A DNA stretch of 32,336 nucleotides from Candidatus Hermodarchaeum yapensis (GCA_016840405.1 JAEOSK010000026.1:1-32336); one strand, 5' to 3'; counted from the first letter of the stretch, positions 1 to 8,891 are shown. Made by a program: numbers and translations. The notes: generated from the letters alone by a model not told the origin.

Positions 1-441
1 CATGACCTCGAAGGCCACGAGCATGCCCGCGATACCTGATTTCATATCACAGGCGCCTCGGCCATACAGTTTGCCATTTTCGACAATACCGGCGAAGGGA
101 TCCTTTGTCCACGGCTCTTCAATGGGTACGACATCCATGTGCGCATAGATGGTAACCGCTTCTTTTTTGCCATGTTCGCGAGTGGCGACAAGATTGATAC
201 GAGGACCTTCAAGAGGGTAGGGGATGGCTTTGATATGTTCATCCGGAACAATTACTCGTTCATTGGTAAAGCCAAGGTTCTTGAATAGTGGCTCCACGAA
301 ATCGACCAAGTCTGCATAGTTGTTACCTGGGGGGACAACCGTGGGAATCTTAATTAAATCTCGTAAGAGGGTGATGATCCGGTCACGTTTTTGTTCAACC
401 GCCTTAAACACGTCTTCCACAGAGGGTTGTTTAGCACTCAT
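1..441 (-). CDS. M20 family metallopeptidase (ArgE/DapE-like), partial; runs off the left edge
   Basis: Not in the ORF track. Manual translation from ATG 441: MSAKQPSVEDVFKAV...LIKIPTVVPPG...YAHMDVVP...WTKDPFAGIVENGKLYGRGACDMKSG, with M20 motifs HxDVVP and GRGxxDMK. Confidence 0.92.
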   Translation of the reverse strand, partial: MSAKQPSVEDVFKAVEQKRDRIITLLRDLIKIPTVVPPGNNYADLVDFVEPLFKNLGFTNERVIVPDEHIKAIPYPLEGPRINLVATREHGKKEAVTIYAHMDVVPIEEPWTKDPFAGIVENGKLYGRGACDMKSGIAGMLVAFEVM

Positions 442-491
442 GGTAACAATCACTTCAGACTGAAAGAAGGTTCACCCAGTCTTATATTTAT

Positions 492-710
492 CCGCGAGAA
501 GACCCCACCCTTTGAGGACGGGGATGACTCGAGGGGCTTAAATACATTTTTGCCCATCCCCTAGCTGAGGTCCCCGTCCCCCCACCGAGAACCAAGGCGT
601 CGGACTGACTGGGCAACATCGCCGGAACGGCGAGCAGAGCCTGTGGACCAGTCGACCCGATTCGATGGGATGAAGCAGGAAGCCCCACTCTTCAGGGTGG
701 GGTAGTTCAC
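492..710 (+). mobile_element. Non-autonomous IS200/IS605-family mini-element (no tnpA or tnpB)
   Basis: TTTAT (487-491) precedes a left-end hairpin GACCCCACCCTTTGAGGACGGGGATG. Right end GAAGCCCCACTCTTCAGGGTGGGGTAGTTCAC ends at 710. No transposase ORF between the ends. Confidence 0.8.
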
Positions 711-730
711 AAGCTGACCTCATCAAGGAC
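570..730 (+). ncRNA. Putative TnpB omegaRNA/reRNA scaffold plus flanking guide; boundaries approximate
   Basis: CCTGTGGA...GATGAAGCAGGAAGCCCC...GGGGTAGTTCAC resembles tnpB right-end RNAs. TATA-like TTAAATA at 538-544. Predicted guide AAGCTGACCTCATCAAGGAC (711-730). Confidence 0.5.
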
Positions 731-884
731 GAATAGAACATTCCTCCTCTGACCCCCACCAAACTGTTCGGGGGCTTCTTGAGGCTTTAGATATATATAG
801 AGCATCGAATCATAGCTGCTATGAATCTGGTTCGATGGGCTGTGGTCTGTCTTTGTTAAGATTCACAACTCGTCATACCAGTTT

Positions 885-2132
885 GTGGAGCGTGTTCTGA
901 TGGGTGAATATAGTGATGAATCGTGGCGTAATTTGTGGTTAGCGCCTTTTGGGGTATTTTACTTTGGACAGGGATATGCCCTGTCAGCCCTGGGCCTGTT
1001 TATGCCCATATACTTGGTTACGGTATTAGGCGTTCCCTTTGCGATTACTGGCTTAGCCTTAGCTGTGATTGGTATTCCATGGATGCTTAAAATCATCTTT
1101 GGTGCCATCAGCGATTCGCTAGCGTGGGGTCGGTTTGGCCGTCGACGTCCCTATATCATTCTAATGGCGTTGCTGGCGGCAATCGGATGGGCACTAATCC
1201 CCTTCTTTCCAGAATTTAACGTTGTATTTGTCGCTACACTTTTCATAGTTGCCTTAGCAACAGCGTTTGCTGATACCACGATTGATGGATTTGCGGTGGA
1301 TATTACACCTTCTGATCGACGGGGAACCTTACAGGGTATGATGTGGGGGGGAAGAGCCGCTGGATCCATTTTAGGTGCCCTAGTAACCGGCATTATCGCT
1401 CAAGCCATTGGATGGCCTATTGTCTTCTATCTTGGAGCTATAATTCTATTAGTGATGACAGGAATTTGTGCTCTTCTTAAAGAACCTGCAAAACCATCAG
1501 GGCGTATGATGTGGAGTGCGCTCAAGACCGGTTTCTCGTCAAAAGGTGTTTGGCTCTCCTTATTGTTTACACCGATTTTAACCATGAGCTTCGTATTTTA
1601 TTTCCAATGGGGAGGGTTATTCATCGAAGAAACTGTGGCTTTAAGCTTAACAGAGATTGGTCTGGTCCTCGCCCTCATGAACACAGGAGCCGCCATCACC
1701 GGATTCCTTGGAGGACCCCTTGCAGACAAAATTGGACTCCGACGCGCCGTGGCTGGACTGGTGCTGGTTCAAATAATTGGGTTAGCCGCATTACTGTTTG
1801 TTCAACCTGGGAACCTCTATCTTGCTCTTGTGATTATGTTCGTTCATGGTCTATGTTGGGGTCTAGCTAATATTGCTTGGCTTTCCCTTGCCATGGCTTC
1901 ATGCCCCCGAGAAGTGGGGGGCACGTTCTTCTCGATTTTTGCCATGATCTTTAATATCGGAACTATGCTTGCAGTGATTCTTAGCATTTTCATTAAACCA
2001 GCCTTTGGATGGCCCGGTCTCATCTTTACCCTCATTGCCCTCTGTTTAATTAGCGAATTTATCGGAATTTTGGCCGCTTCAAAAGTCAAACAAGCGACCA
2101 CCATGAAAACTCCGCCTCTGGAAACGACCTAG
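885..2132 (+). CDS. MFS transporter (AmpG-like); start possibly ATG 900
   Basis: About 12 hydrophobic segments; motifs PWMLK, SD...GRRRPY, DTTIDG and GPLADKIGLRR. Confidence 0.9.
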   Translation: MERVLMGEYSDESWRNLWLAPFGVFYFGQGYALSALGLFMPIYLVTVLGVPFAITGLALAVIGIPWMLKIIFGAISDSLAWGRFGRRRPYIILMALLAAIGWALIPFFPEFNVVFVATLFIVALATAFADTTIDGFAVDITPSDRRGTLQGMMWGGRAAGSILGALVTGIIAQAIGWPIVFYLGAIILLVMTGICALLKEPAKPSGRMMWSALKTGFSSKGVWLSLLFTPILTMSFVFYFQWGGLFIEETVALSLTEIGLVLALMNTGAAITGFLGGPLADKIGLRRAVAGLVLVQIIGLAALLFVQPGNLYLALVIMFVHGLCWGLANIAWLSLAMASCPREVGGTFFSIFAMIFNIGTMLAVILSIFIKPAFGWPGLIFTLIALCLISEFIGILAASKVKQATTMKTPPLETT

Positions 2133-2355
2133 ATACACACAATCATCATCTCACCTGTCGAAGTTACGAAATTCATCTAGAGATAAAGCAGAAGCTAAAA
2201 CAGCATAGAACGTAGAGAATTTTTAGAGCCAGGTGACTCACAATATAAAGCCATTATCGAAAAGATAGCCTAACCCCCTCATTTTTCCTTTCACAATTCC
2301 CTTTTTTTGGGCTGCAAGCCTTTTTTCCTGTCGTTATTTGCTTCTCGGTTGAGGT

Positions 2356-2414
2356 TCGAAGACATATGTGCAATTCATCGTAAATGATGTGAAAGATGAT
2401 TTGTTTAACGTCAT
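2356..2414 (+). repeat. Family-1 intergenic repeat, copy A
   Basis: TCGAAGAC-N20-ATGATGTGAAA-GATGATTTG-TTTAACGTCAT; ungapped match to copies at 6399 and 9697. Confidence 0.9.
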
Positions 2415-2581
2415 GGAATTGAATTATACATTATTCATTTGAGTTTTCCAGAAAAGGTTTATACCAATTGGCTTGTCGACCAATAGTCATACGGAATTGG
2501 GGAGGCAAGCACGCAACACAAATATCATCTTTATTCAGGAGCGGAAACCCGCATTGACAATGTTGTTCAGTTTCTAATTCT

Positions 2582-4327
2582 TTAAGCAATTTTGTGCACT
2601 AACTTTTCATGTTCTTTTTCTCGTTCCTCTAAGGCTGCTAGTTTTTTGGGAACAAGTACCTCAAGGCGATCGGACTCGGAGAGAACTTCACCATTTTCAT
2701 CAACAGCATAGCAGGCTCCCTCAATCATCAGAGTTTGCAGTCGTCCACGAGCAATGGGGTTACCTTTCAAACCCGGGGCATCTAGAATTCCTTGTTTTAT
2801 GGCTAGTTCGTAGGTTGTGGGGTTCAACAGTGGATGAGGCGTTTTATCTTCAGGAAGTTCAGCTAAAACCCTTAGAAGAAGACTCGCTTCGCTGACGAGT
2901 TGTTCTTTTCGTGCAATTATCTGTGGATCCAGCCAGGGATTAGGAGTGCCGCTTCTACATTCTTTGATCACTTGCCGGACAATTTTACAGCTCTTAATCA
3001 CGTCATCAGCGGTTGCCGCATGATCAGCTTCGCTGAACCCTACAACATGAACGATGGCCGGTTCTAACATCATCGAAGTATATGCCGAGGCTGCTAATTG
3101 GCCCTTGGCTGCATCGAGGTCCACAGGAAAGCTGAAAAGTCCAGCCCGCACTTGCCGAATAACTTGGAAGAAATTATCCTGTAATGACTCGACTAAGGCG
3201 AGTTTAGCCCACATCTTCGCCAGATCCATAGCAGGCGATGTGCCGAGTGGAGTGTTCATCATTAATTGGGCAATGTAATGCTGTACGCCCATGGATTTAG
3301 TAATAAACGCTGACCAGAATGCAGATGCCACGGCGATGGTATCATGCGCTTGTCGAAGGCTCCAATGGTGCGGTTCATTGACTTCAACAGGGATGCCCTG
3401 CTTGCCATGCCAGGCAATGTTGTTCATATTTTCTTGGATAGCTTCTGTTAAGGAGCGTGTGCTCCGTCCATCGAGAACACTATACCAGTTAATGGGTGTC
3501 GCAGTCCACGCGTTATGGATGGTTTTGTGGAGAAGCTTGGCCCATTTCAGGAGATCTTGAGTGCCACTATAGCAGCGGAGAAGCGGATAGTTACCCCGCT
3601 GTGAGGCAGTATACATAGCTCGAAGGTCCTTTTCTGTGCGAATTGGAACACCACCTGCCCCTTCAACTGTATCTTTCATTTCGTTCGGGCGGAAGAAGAA
3701 CTGTTGAGCATTTTGATCGGGACCAATAGAGAGAATATCTAAGCATTTGGTATCAGCAATCTTTACAATTCCTTGAATCGTCTCTTCCAGACTTGGTAGA
3801 CCAAAATGGTGCCGGATCACCGGCCAAGGTTTTCGTTCTGCCATCCGTGCCAATAACGTTGTGGCATAGGTTACAGGACCCATGCGATGAGCCTTTTCCG
3901 CTAATTGTTGTGGGTCACAGTCAGCAGCTAAAAACATGAGCACATCTTCATCGGTTGAATTTCCATCAAAATAATAGTCGAAGAACCCCACTTTGCGTAC
4001 TTTCTCTGTAACAGGGGTTGTTCCTCCAAAGAGCCAGGTTCGCTTGGTAAGATTACGTTTGTGTACTTCTTTTTTGAGCTTCTGTGTCAGCCCATATGCC
4101 GCGGCGGGTGTAAGTCGGTAGCTTAACCCGATAATTGGAGCATCAGTTTGCTCTACTTCATCGAGAATCGTAGAGATAGGAGTTGCTGGTCCTAGAAACT
4201 TCGTTTGGTAGCCTTTGGCTTTTGCCAGTTGCAAGAAATTTAACGTCCCGGCAACGTGGACGCAATTTCCTAAACACGCACCCAGAATGAGTTTGTTTGC
4301 TTTTGTGGATTTACGCAATTTGGTCAT
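2582..4327 (-). CDS. Cobalamin (B12)-binding domain protein with a large uncharacterised C-terminal domain
   Basis: N-terminal CVHVAG (DxHxxG variant), IGLSYRL (SxL) and LFGG; about 430-aa C-terminal region; start overlaps the upstream stop (ATGA). Confidence 0.82.
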   Translation of the reverse strand: MTKLRKSTKANKLILGACLGNCVHVAGTLNFLQLAKAKGYQTKFLGPATPISTILDEVEQTDAPIIGLSYRLTPAAAYGLTQKLKKEVHKRNLTKRTWLFGGTTPVTEKVRKVGFFDYYFDGNSTDEDVLMFLAADCDPQQLAEKAHRMGPVTYATTLLARMAERKPWPVIRHHFGLPSLEETIQGIVKIADTKCLDILSIGPDQNAQQFFFRPNEMKDTVEGAGGVPIRTEKDLRAMYTASQRGNYPLLRCYSGTQDLLKWAKLLHKTIHNAWTATPINWYSVLDGRSTRSLTEAIQENMNNIAWHGKQGIPVEVNEPHHWSLRQAHDTIAVASAFWSAFITKSMGVQHYIAQLMMNTPLGTSPAMDLAKMWAKLALVESLQDNFFQVIRQVRAGLFSFPVDLDAAKGQLAASAYTSMMLEPAIVHVVGFSEADHAATADDVIKSCKIVRQVIKECRSGTPNPWLDPQIIARKEQLVSEASLLLRVLAELPEDKTPHPLLNPTTYELAIKQGILDAPGLKGNPIARGRLQTLMIEGACYAVDENGEVLSESDRLEVLVPKKLAALEEREKEHEKLVHKIA

Positions 4328-5484
4328 TCTGAATCAACCCCCTCCCATTCTTCTTGGACTACTGCCATTTCCTCGGCAACTTCCAAAGCTACAAGAGATC
4401 CGTCCCACACATACATCAGTAATTCAGCTGGAGAAAGATCGGCAATTCCAAGATTCTCGGTATTACGTCCTTCTCGCCAGAAATCACGACCACATAGCTG
4501 TGAAGCCATCGCGATTGTTGCTCGAATAGTAGGAGTCGGTACGCCCGCTAGTTCACCCAATGCCGCAATAGGCACCAATCCGGTAGGCACATCTTCAAAG
4601 AGATACCGATGGTCCAACGAACTCGGGGCTCCCAAACCTTGGTAGCAAGAAGTCGTGTGCAAGCATTCATACAAGGTGGTCCCTTCTGAGTCGTAGACTG
4701 TCCGTAACCATTTAGCAGCTGACAGGATATTTTTCCCAAAGGCGTTTCCCACCGCAACTCTTTCGGCGTCAATACGTTCGAGGAAACGGGCAACCGAAGG
4801 CGAGACTCCTTCAAGATAGTGATTATATTGACCATTGGTGGTTTCAGCCCGACCAATATTTAGAATCAAAGGCGCCGGATGAAAAACCGACCCAATATTG
4901 GCAAGACCTGTTTCGAGTACATCTTCGGCATTTCGGACATTTGGGAGAACGGACGAAATCAGATCGCAGACCATTTCGGAGTGTTTTGCAGGAAACGCAG
5001 CTACGGGTAGTTCTGATTTAATTGCTGAGACGTGGGCTCTTCCTGACTTGATTACGCGACTTACAAGGGGAAATGTTTGTGCCTCTGCAATGATTGGTCG
5101 CCAACCCGTGAGTCCTTCCACAATGATAGAGAACTCTAATGCGCCACCCGTTCGTCCTGGAATAAGGACAACCAATTGTTCGGGTGTCAGATAGGGAGCA
5201 CATTTACGAGCTAAATCGCGATGCGCGGATGCAGGAACCACGAGAAAAACAAAATCTACATCGGAAAGCGCGTGTTGAATGCTAGAAGTACAACGGGTTA
5301 ACTGGGCAAACCCATTAACTTCTCCTTCAACGTGAATACCATTTTGTTTTTGTATAAGACGCAGTCGGGATTTTGATCGATTGTAAAGACTTACGTCATG
5401 ACCGTTAAGGACAAGATAGGCGGCTAGCCCTTGCCCTCCGTGTCCCGCGCCTAAGATTGCCAGTTTAGCCGACATTGCATTCAT
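4324..5484 (-). CDS. NAD/NADP octopine/nopaline (opine) dehydrogenase family protein
   Basis: Rossmann motif GAGHGG; PGRTGGA; C-terminal HRYLFEDVPTGLVP; SD AGGAG. Confidence 0.88.
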   Translation of the reverse strand: MNAMSAKLAILGAGHGGQGLAAYLVLNGHDVSLYNRSKSRLRLIQKQNGIHVEGEVNGFAQLTRCTSSIQHALSDVDFVFLVVPASAHRDLARKCAPYLTPEQLVVLIPGRTGGALEFSIIVEGLTGWRPIIAEAQTFPLVSRVIKSGRAHVSAIKSELPVAAFPAKHSEMVCDLISSVLPNVRNAEDVLETGLANIGSVFHPAPLILNIGRAETTNGQYNHYLEGVSPSVARFLERIDAERVAVGNAFGKNILSAAKWLRTVYDSEGTTLYECLHTTSCYQGLGAPSSLDHRYLFEDVPTGLVPIAALGELAGVPTPTIRATIAMASQLCGRDFWREGRNTENLGIADLSPAELLMYVWDGSLVALEVAEEMAVVQEEWEGVDSE

Positions 5485-5587
5485 CTCCTGGAGGGGAATT
5501 CACAGATGGTTTGGTGGGGCTGTATTTCGTGTGGAGGAAAAATCTAGCCCCGAACTCAAACTAGCCTCTGTGGTAAACTTGGGAAGA

Positions 5588-5645
5588 TTTGACTGTCAAA
5601 TTTATGACCGTCAAATTTTTAACCGTCAAAAGTTTTACAGTATTA
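5588..5645. promoter_or_regulatory. Four tandem palindromic operator-like units at a 15-bp period
   Basis: TTTGACTGTCAAA (5588), TATGACCGTCAAA (5603), TTTAACCGTCAAA (5618), TTTTACAGTATTA (5633); directly downstream of a minus-strand TATA-like CTTATATC (5646-5653). Confidence 0.75.
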
Positions 5646-5703
5646 GATATAAGTGTTTTTCAGTCTTTTATAAGTTTTATAAACTCAGAACAAAAATACG
5701 GAA

Positions 5704-6312
5704 GTGAAGATTCTGGGAGATACTCCTCGAACACAATCTCGGTCTATCAAACAGCCCAAATCAGCATCCATGCTCGTTCGCCCTATTACCGCTAGTATAT
5801 TACGACGCTTAACGGAAGAAGAACACTCTCTCGGTGAATTAGCAAAGATGTTAGGGCTGAGCAAAAGCCGAATCAGCTATCACTTAAAACGTCTTGAGGA
5901 AAAAAACCTGATTACAAAAACTCGAGAAGAATATTACCGAGGGGGAATTCGGAAATTCTATCGTGCCGTGTTTCCGTTACAAGTACCCAAACTTCGGTCT
6001 CTCTCACCAGCCGAACAGGAAGCCCAGTTACTCCCCATTAAGACCTTTCTTTGGGGATACCTTTTAGGAAAAATCGGAAGCCAAAAACTTGATCTCCACG
6101 AGGTCGCAAGTCCGTTAATCGATCAGTATGTCCAAGAAATCGCAGAAGCCATTGAGGAACGTGTCGATGAAGCCGAAGACAGTAGTGAAACAAAGGCTGA
6201 GCTTCTTTATCTTTCGCTCCTACATAAGTATACAAAAATGCACTTAGAAGAAGAAAAGATCAGTATTGAAAAACTAAGAAAGAAACCACCAAAATCCAGC
6301 TTAACCTCTTAA
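5704..6312 (+). CDS. ArsR-like winged-helix transcriptional regulator, divergent from the opine/B12 operon
   Basis: SLGELAKMLGLSKSRISYHLKRLEEKNLI...GGIRKFYRA; TTTTATAA about 25 nt upstream. Confidence 0.88.
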   Translation: MKILGDTPRTQSRSIKQPKSASMLVRPITASILRRLTEEEHSLGELAKMLGLSKSRISYHLKRLEEKNLITKTREEYYRGGIRKFYRAVFPLQVPKLRSLSPAEQEAQLLPIKTFLWGYLLGKIGSQKLDLHEVASPLIDQYVQEIAEAIEERVDEAEDSSETKAELLYLSLLHKYTKMHLEEEKISIEKLRKKPPKSSLTS

Positions 6313-6398
6313 ACCAACCCAAACCTCTCTCAAAAAGTTTAGCGGTGAATTTTGCCCTAGCCTGCTTTTCTTTATGTTATTAGACAGTTTACAAGATG

Positions 6399-6457
6399 TC
6401 GAAGACGTAGATGCTGTTTCTTACTAATGATATGAAAGATGATTTGTTTCATATCAT
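6399..6457 (+). repeat. Family-1 intergenic repeat, copy B
   Basis: TCGAAGAC-N20-ATGATATGAAA-GATGATTTG-TTTCATATCAT (perfect 11-bp inverted arms). Confidence 0.9.
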
Positions 6458-6566
6458 GCGAATGATGCATTCTCGGGTTCCTTTTTGCTAGTGTGTTGTG
6501 TCCCCAAATAAGAAAAGGGGGTAGGAGAAATTGTGTACGGAATTCAAATAAGGAGACCTTGATTGC

Positions 6567-7430
6567 GTGGAAGATATTATCCTTAAGTATACGACAGTTG
6601 ATGGCGAAAAGGTGCAAGTTCAAATTCCTCCGGAGAAAACTGATATAGCATTGTATGGGCGCGAAATCGTTGAGTTGGACCTCTCACCTATCGATCGACG
6701 GACCGAAATTGAAGAGCTAGATTTGCGAAGAAACCAGTTGACCAAAATTGATCTTGGACCGCTGCAACACTGTCCGAATTTGAAGAATCTGCGGTTAAGT
6801 GGAAATCAATTAATCCAACTCGATCTGGGTTCGCTTGAGCATTGTAATCGATTACGTAAGCTGGAACTAAGTAATAACCAGCTAGCAGAAATCGATTTGA
6901 CGGCGCTTCAAACCTGTACGAAGCTTCGAGAACTTCATCTCACAGCTAATCGATTTCAGAAAATTGATCTTGCTCCCCTTCACCAGTGCACGGATTTTCA
7001 AGAAATTCGGCTTAATTGGAACGCGCTTGTAGAAATTGATTTGACACCAGTAGGTTATTGGGGTCAGCTTGAAGATCTGATTTTGGACCGAAACCAGTTA
7101 CGGGAAATTGATTTGACACCAATAAGACAGTGTACAGATCTTCGAACTCTCAAATTGGGTGAGAATCAATTGACCTCCATTGATTTGGAGCCGCTTCGAA
7201 ATTGTCTAAAGCTAGAAATCTTGTATTTATCTGCTAACCCTTTTGAGCAGATTGATTTGTCACCACTCTTTTCGTGTCCGGTTTTAGAGTTGTTTTCCCT
7301 GCATCCAAGTATTGAGCTGGTTGCGGACGCTTCGCTCAAAGATACTAAACCCATTCCACGGGCAATTCAAGAGTTAATAGACAAGATCACCTGGCACGAA
7401 AAGGAATCTGCTCCAGGGAATAATCTGTGA
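6567..7430 (+). CDS. Leucine-rich repeat protein
   Basis: Eight to nine 22-aa repeats LxxLxLxxNQLxxIDLxPLxxC. Confidence 0.93.
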   Translation: MEDIILKYTTVDGEKVQVQIPPEKTDIALYGREIVELDLSPIDRRTEIEELDLRRNQLTKIDLGPLQHCPNLKNLRLSGNQLIQLDLGSLEHCNRLRKLELSNNQLAEIDLTALQTCTKLRELHLTANRFQKIDLAPLHQCTDFQEIRLNWNALVEIDLTPVGYWGQLEDLILDRNQLREIDLTPIRQCTDLRTLKLGENQLTSIDLEPLRNCLKLEILYLSANPFEQIDLSPLFSCPVLELFSLHPSIELVADASLKDTKPIPRAIQELIDKITWHEKESAPGNNL

Positions 7431-7540
7431 CTTCGTGGACTTCAAAGAAGCTAATGAGACGTCGATTCTTCTTGCTCGTCTTTGGACGCTTCAGTCCACC
7501 CGATGTCGGTCCGTTTGACGCGTTCACCTGAGATTAACAC

Positions 7541-7630
7541 GTATTCACAGTTTTTACGAGATCGTGGTCGACGATGTAAATCTCGCACCACGCGGCCTTC
7601 GGTGTTTTCAGTATTTTGTTCTTCGCTCAT
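7541..7630 (+). repeat. Possible degenerate family-1 copy
   Basis: TATTCACAGTTTTTACGAGAT and GTCGACGATGTAAAT resemble copy B TATTAGACAGTTTACAAGAT-GTCGAAGACGTAGAT; palindromic core mostly lost. Confidence 0.4.
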
Positions 7631-7759
7631 ATTCTATCATCTCCTTTATGGTATTGCGGGTCAAAATCAAACCCCGTGTCCTTTTTCGACTCTCTTTGGG
7701 AATAGTCCTTGTGAAGTTCGAGCACGGAGGTTGATTGGTTAGTTGGTTGAATGGGTGGT

Positions 7760-7954
7760 TTAATCGATCGTGACGTTGGTGGCTTTGAGTCCGCGGTCGC
7801 CGTCTTCGACTTTAAAGCTGACACAATCTCCTTCTTTAGGGAGTTGTGCTCCTTCAACTTCACTGCCGTGTACAAAAACGTCGGTACCGATTTCGCGTTC
7901 GATGAACCCGTAGTTGCGGTCGGGATTAAACCATTTGATAGTGCCTTTTTCCAT
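7760..7954 (-). CDS. Cold-shock domain protein (CspA family)
   Basis: MEKGTIKWFNPDRNYGFIE...DVFVH (RNP1/RNP2); SD GAGGTGA before ATG 7954. Confidence 0.93.
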   Translation of the reverse strand: MEKGTIKWFNPDRNYGFIEREIGTDVFVHGSEVEGAQLPKEGDCVSFKVEDGDRGLKATNVTID

Positions 7955-8249
7955 AGTGTTCACCTCGATTCATTTGCATTGAGATGGGGTTATCTCTCAG
8001 GGATAGGTGGCTGTGTCACGCAACCGTGCTGTTCCGTAGAATGTAATTCAGGGGAATAGCTGCCTAGCACGATAAGCTAAAGCTCTTCAAAAAGCGAAAC
8101 TAAATCCTATTTGCTAACAAAAAGAGTGAAGCCCACGAGTGTTTATAGGTATTGCCCTTCCGCACCTACGACAATTATTTTGCCCACATTTAAGTAATGC
8201 AAGGGATTTTTTCGCAATATTTAAATTGACTCCGTTATCACTATGGTCG

Positions 8250-8798
8250 ATGACGCAATCTCCAAACATTGAGAAAAAACAAAATTTACTGAGGAATACC
8301 TCCTTTTTAGTAGAAACAATCTATATCATCACTATCATCATCATTACCATATTAATTATACTTGATTTTGTTGATACAGGATTTTTCCTCGGCCCATATC
8401 GCTTCTCTCACTGGATGGGGATAATAGGGTCTTCTATTATCATACTTTTCGCACCATTATATTATATACTGAAACGTCGATTCCCCCATCGATATAAAAT
8501 TCTACTAAACCTCCACATATTCGGTTTTACTACCTCTTTCTTATTAGTGTCCATCCATTTAGCTGGACAACTTAGTCGCCCACTACAATTTTATCCTGAT
8601 CTCGGTGGTGGAGTAGCGCTCTATATTATCGTAGCTATCCTCGTTGCCACTGGATATTTGTATAGATATAATCCCATTAAATTGAAAAGTGGAAAAAAGC
8701 TTCAACCTCATACTAACAGGAGGCTCCACGTGAGTCTCATAGGTGGATTATACATCGTATTGATTGTGCACATCGTACTAAACTTTTTACTTGTGTAA
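8250..8798 (+). CDS. Integral membrane protein, possibly heme-b binding
   Basis: About 5 TM helices with His residues (SHW, LHI, IHL, LHV, VHI); start placed at ATG 8250 (track gives 8139). Confidence 0.55.
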   Translation: MTQSPNIEKKQNLLRNTSFLVETIYIITIIIITILIILDFVDTGFFLGPYRFSHWMGIIGSSIIILFAPLYYILKRRFPHRYKILLNLHIFGFTTSFLLVSIHLAGQLSRPLQFYPDLGGGVALYIIVAILVATGYLYRYNPIKLKSGKKLQPHTNRRLHVSLIGGLYIVLIVHIVLNFLLV

Positions 8799-8891
8799 AA
8801 GATTGCCTTTTTTTATATAACGTTAGAACCCAATCTACTGACTAAAAAACGAGTAATACTTTATCAAATCTATCCAAGAAGAACACCGACT

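Noticed and set aside
488-762. Short minus-strand ORFs over the mini-element
   Set aside because: No TnpA HUH or TnpB motifs; explained by the GC-rich hairpins
2157-2180. TGTCGAAG...AATTCATC as another family-1 copy
   Set aside because: Spacing differs and the palindromic core is absent
5485-5590. Cobalamin riboswitch upstream of the B12 operon
   Set aside because: No B12-box or other conserved riboswitch motif seen; kept only as an unassigned hairpin
5589-5795. ORF with MTVKF peptide repeats
   Set aside because: It is the translation of the 15-bp operator array and overlaps the promoters and the regulator gene
7815-7822. AAGCTGAC match to the start of the mini-element guide, inside csp
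   Set aside because: Only 8 nt and preceded by CTTTA rather than TTTAT; expected by chance
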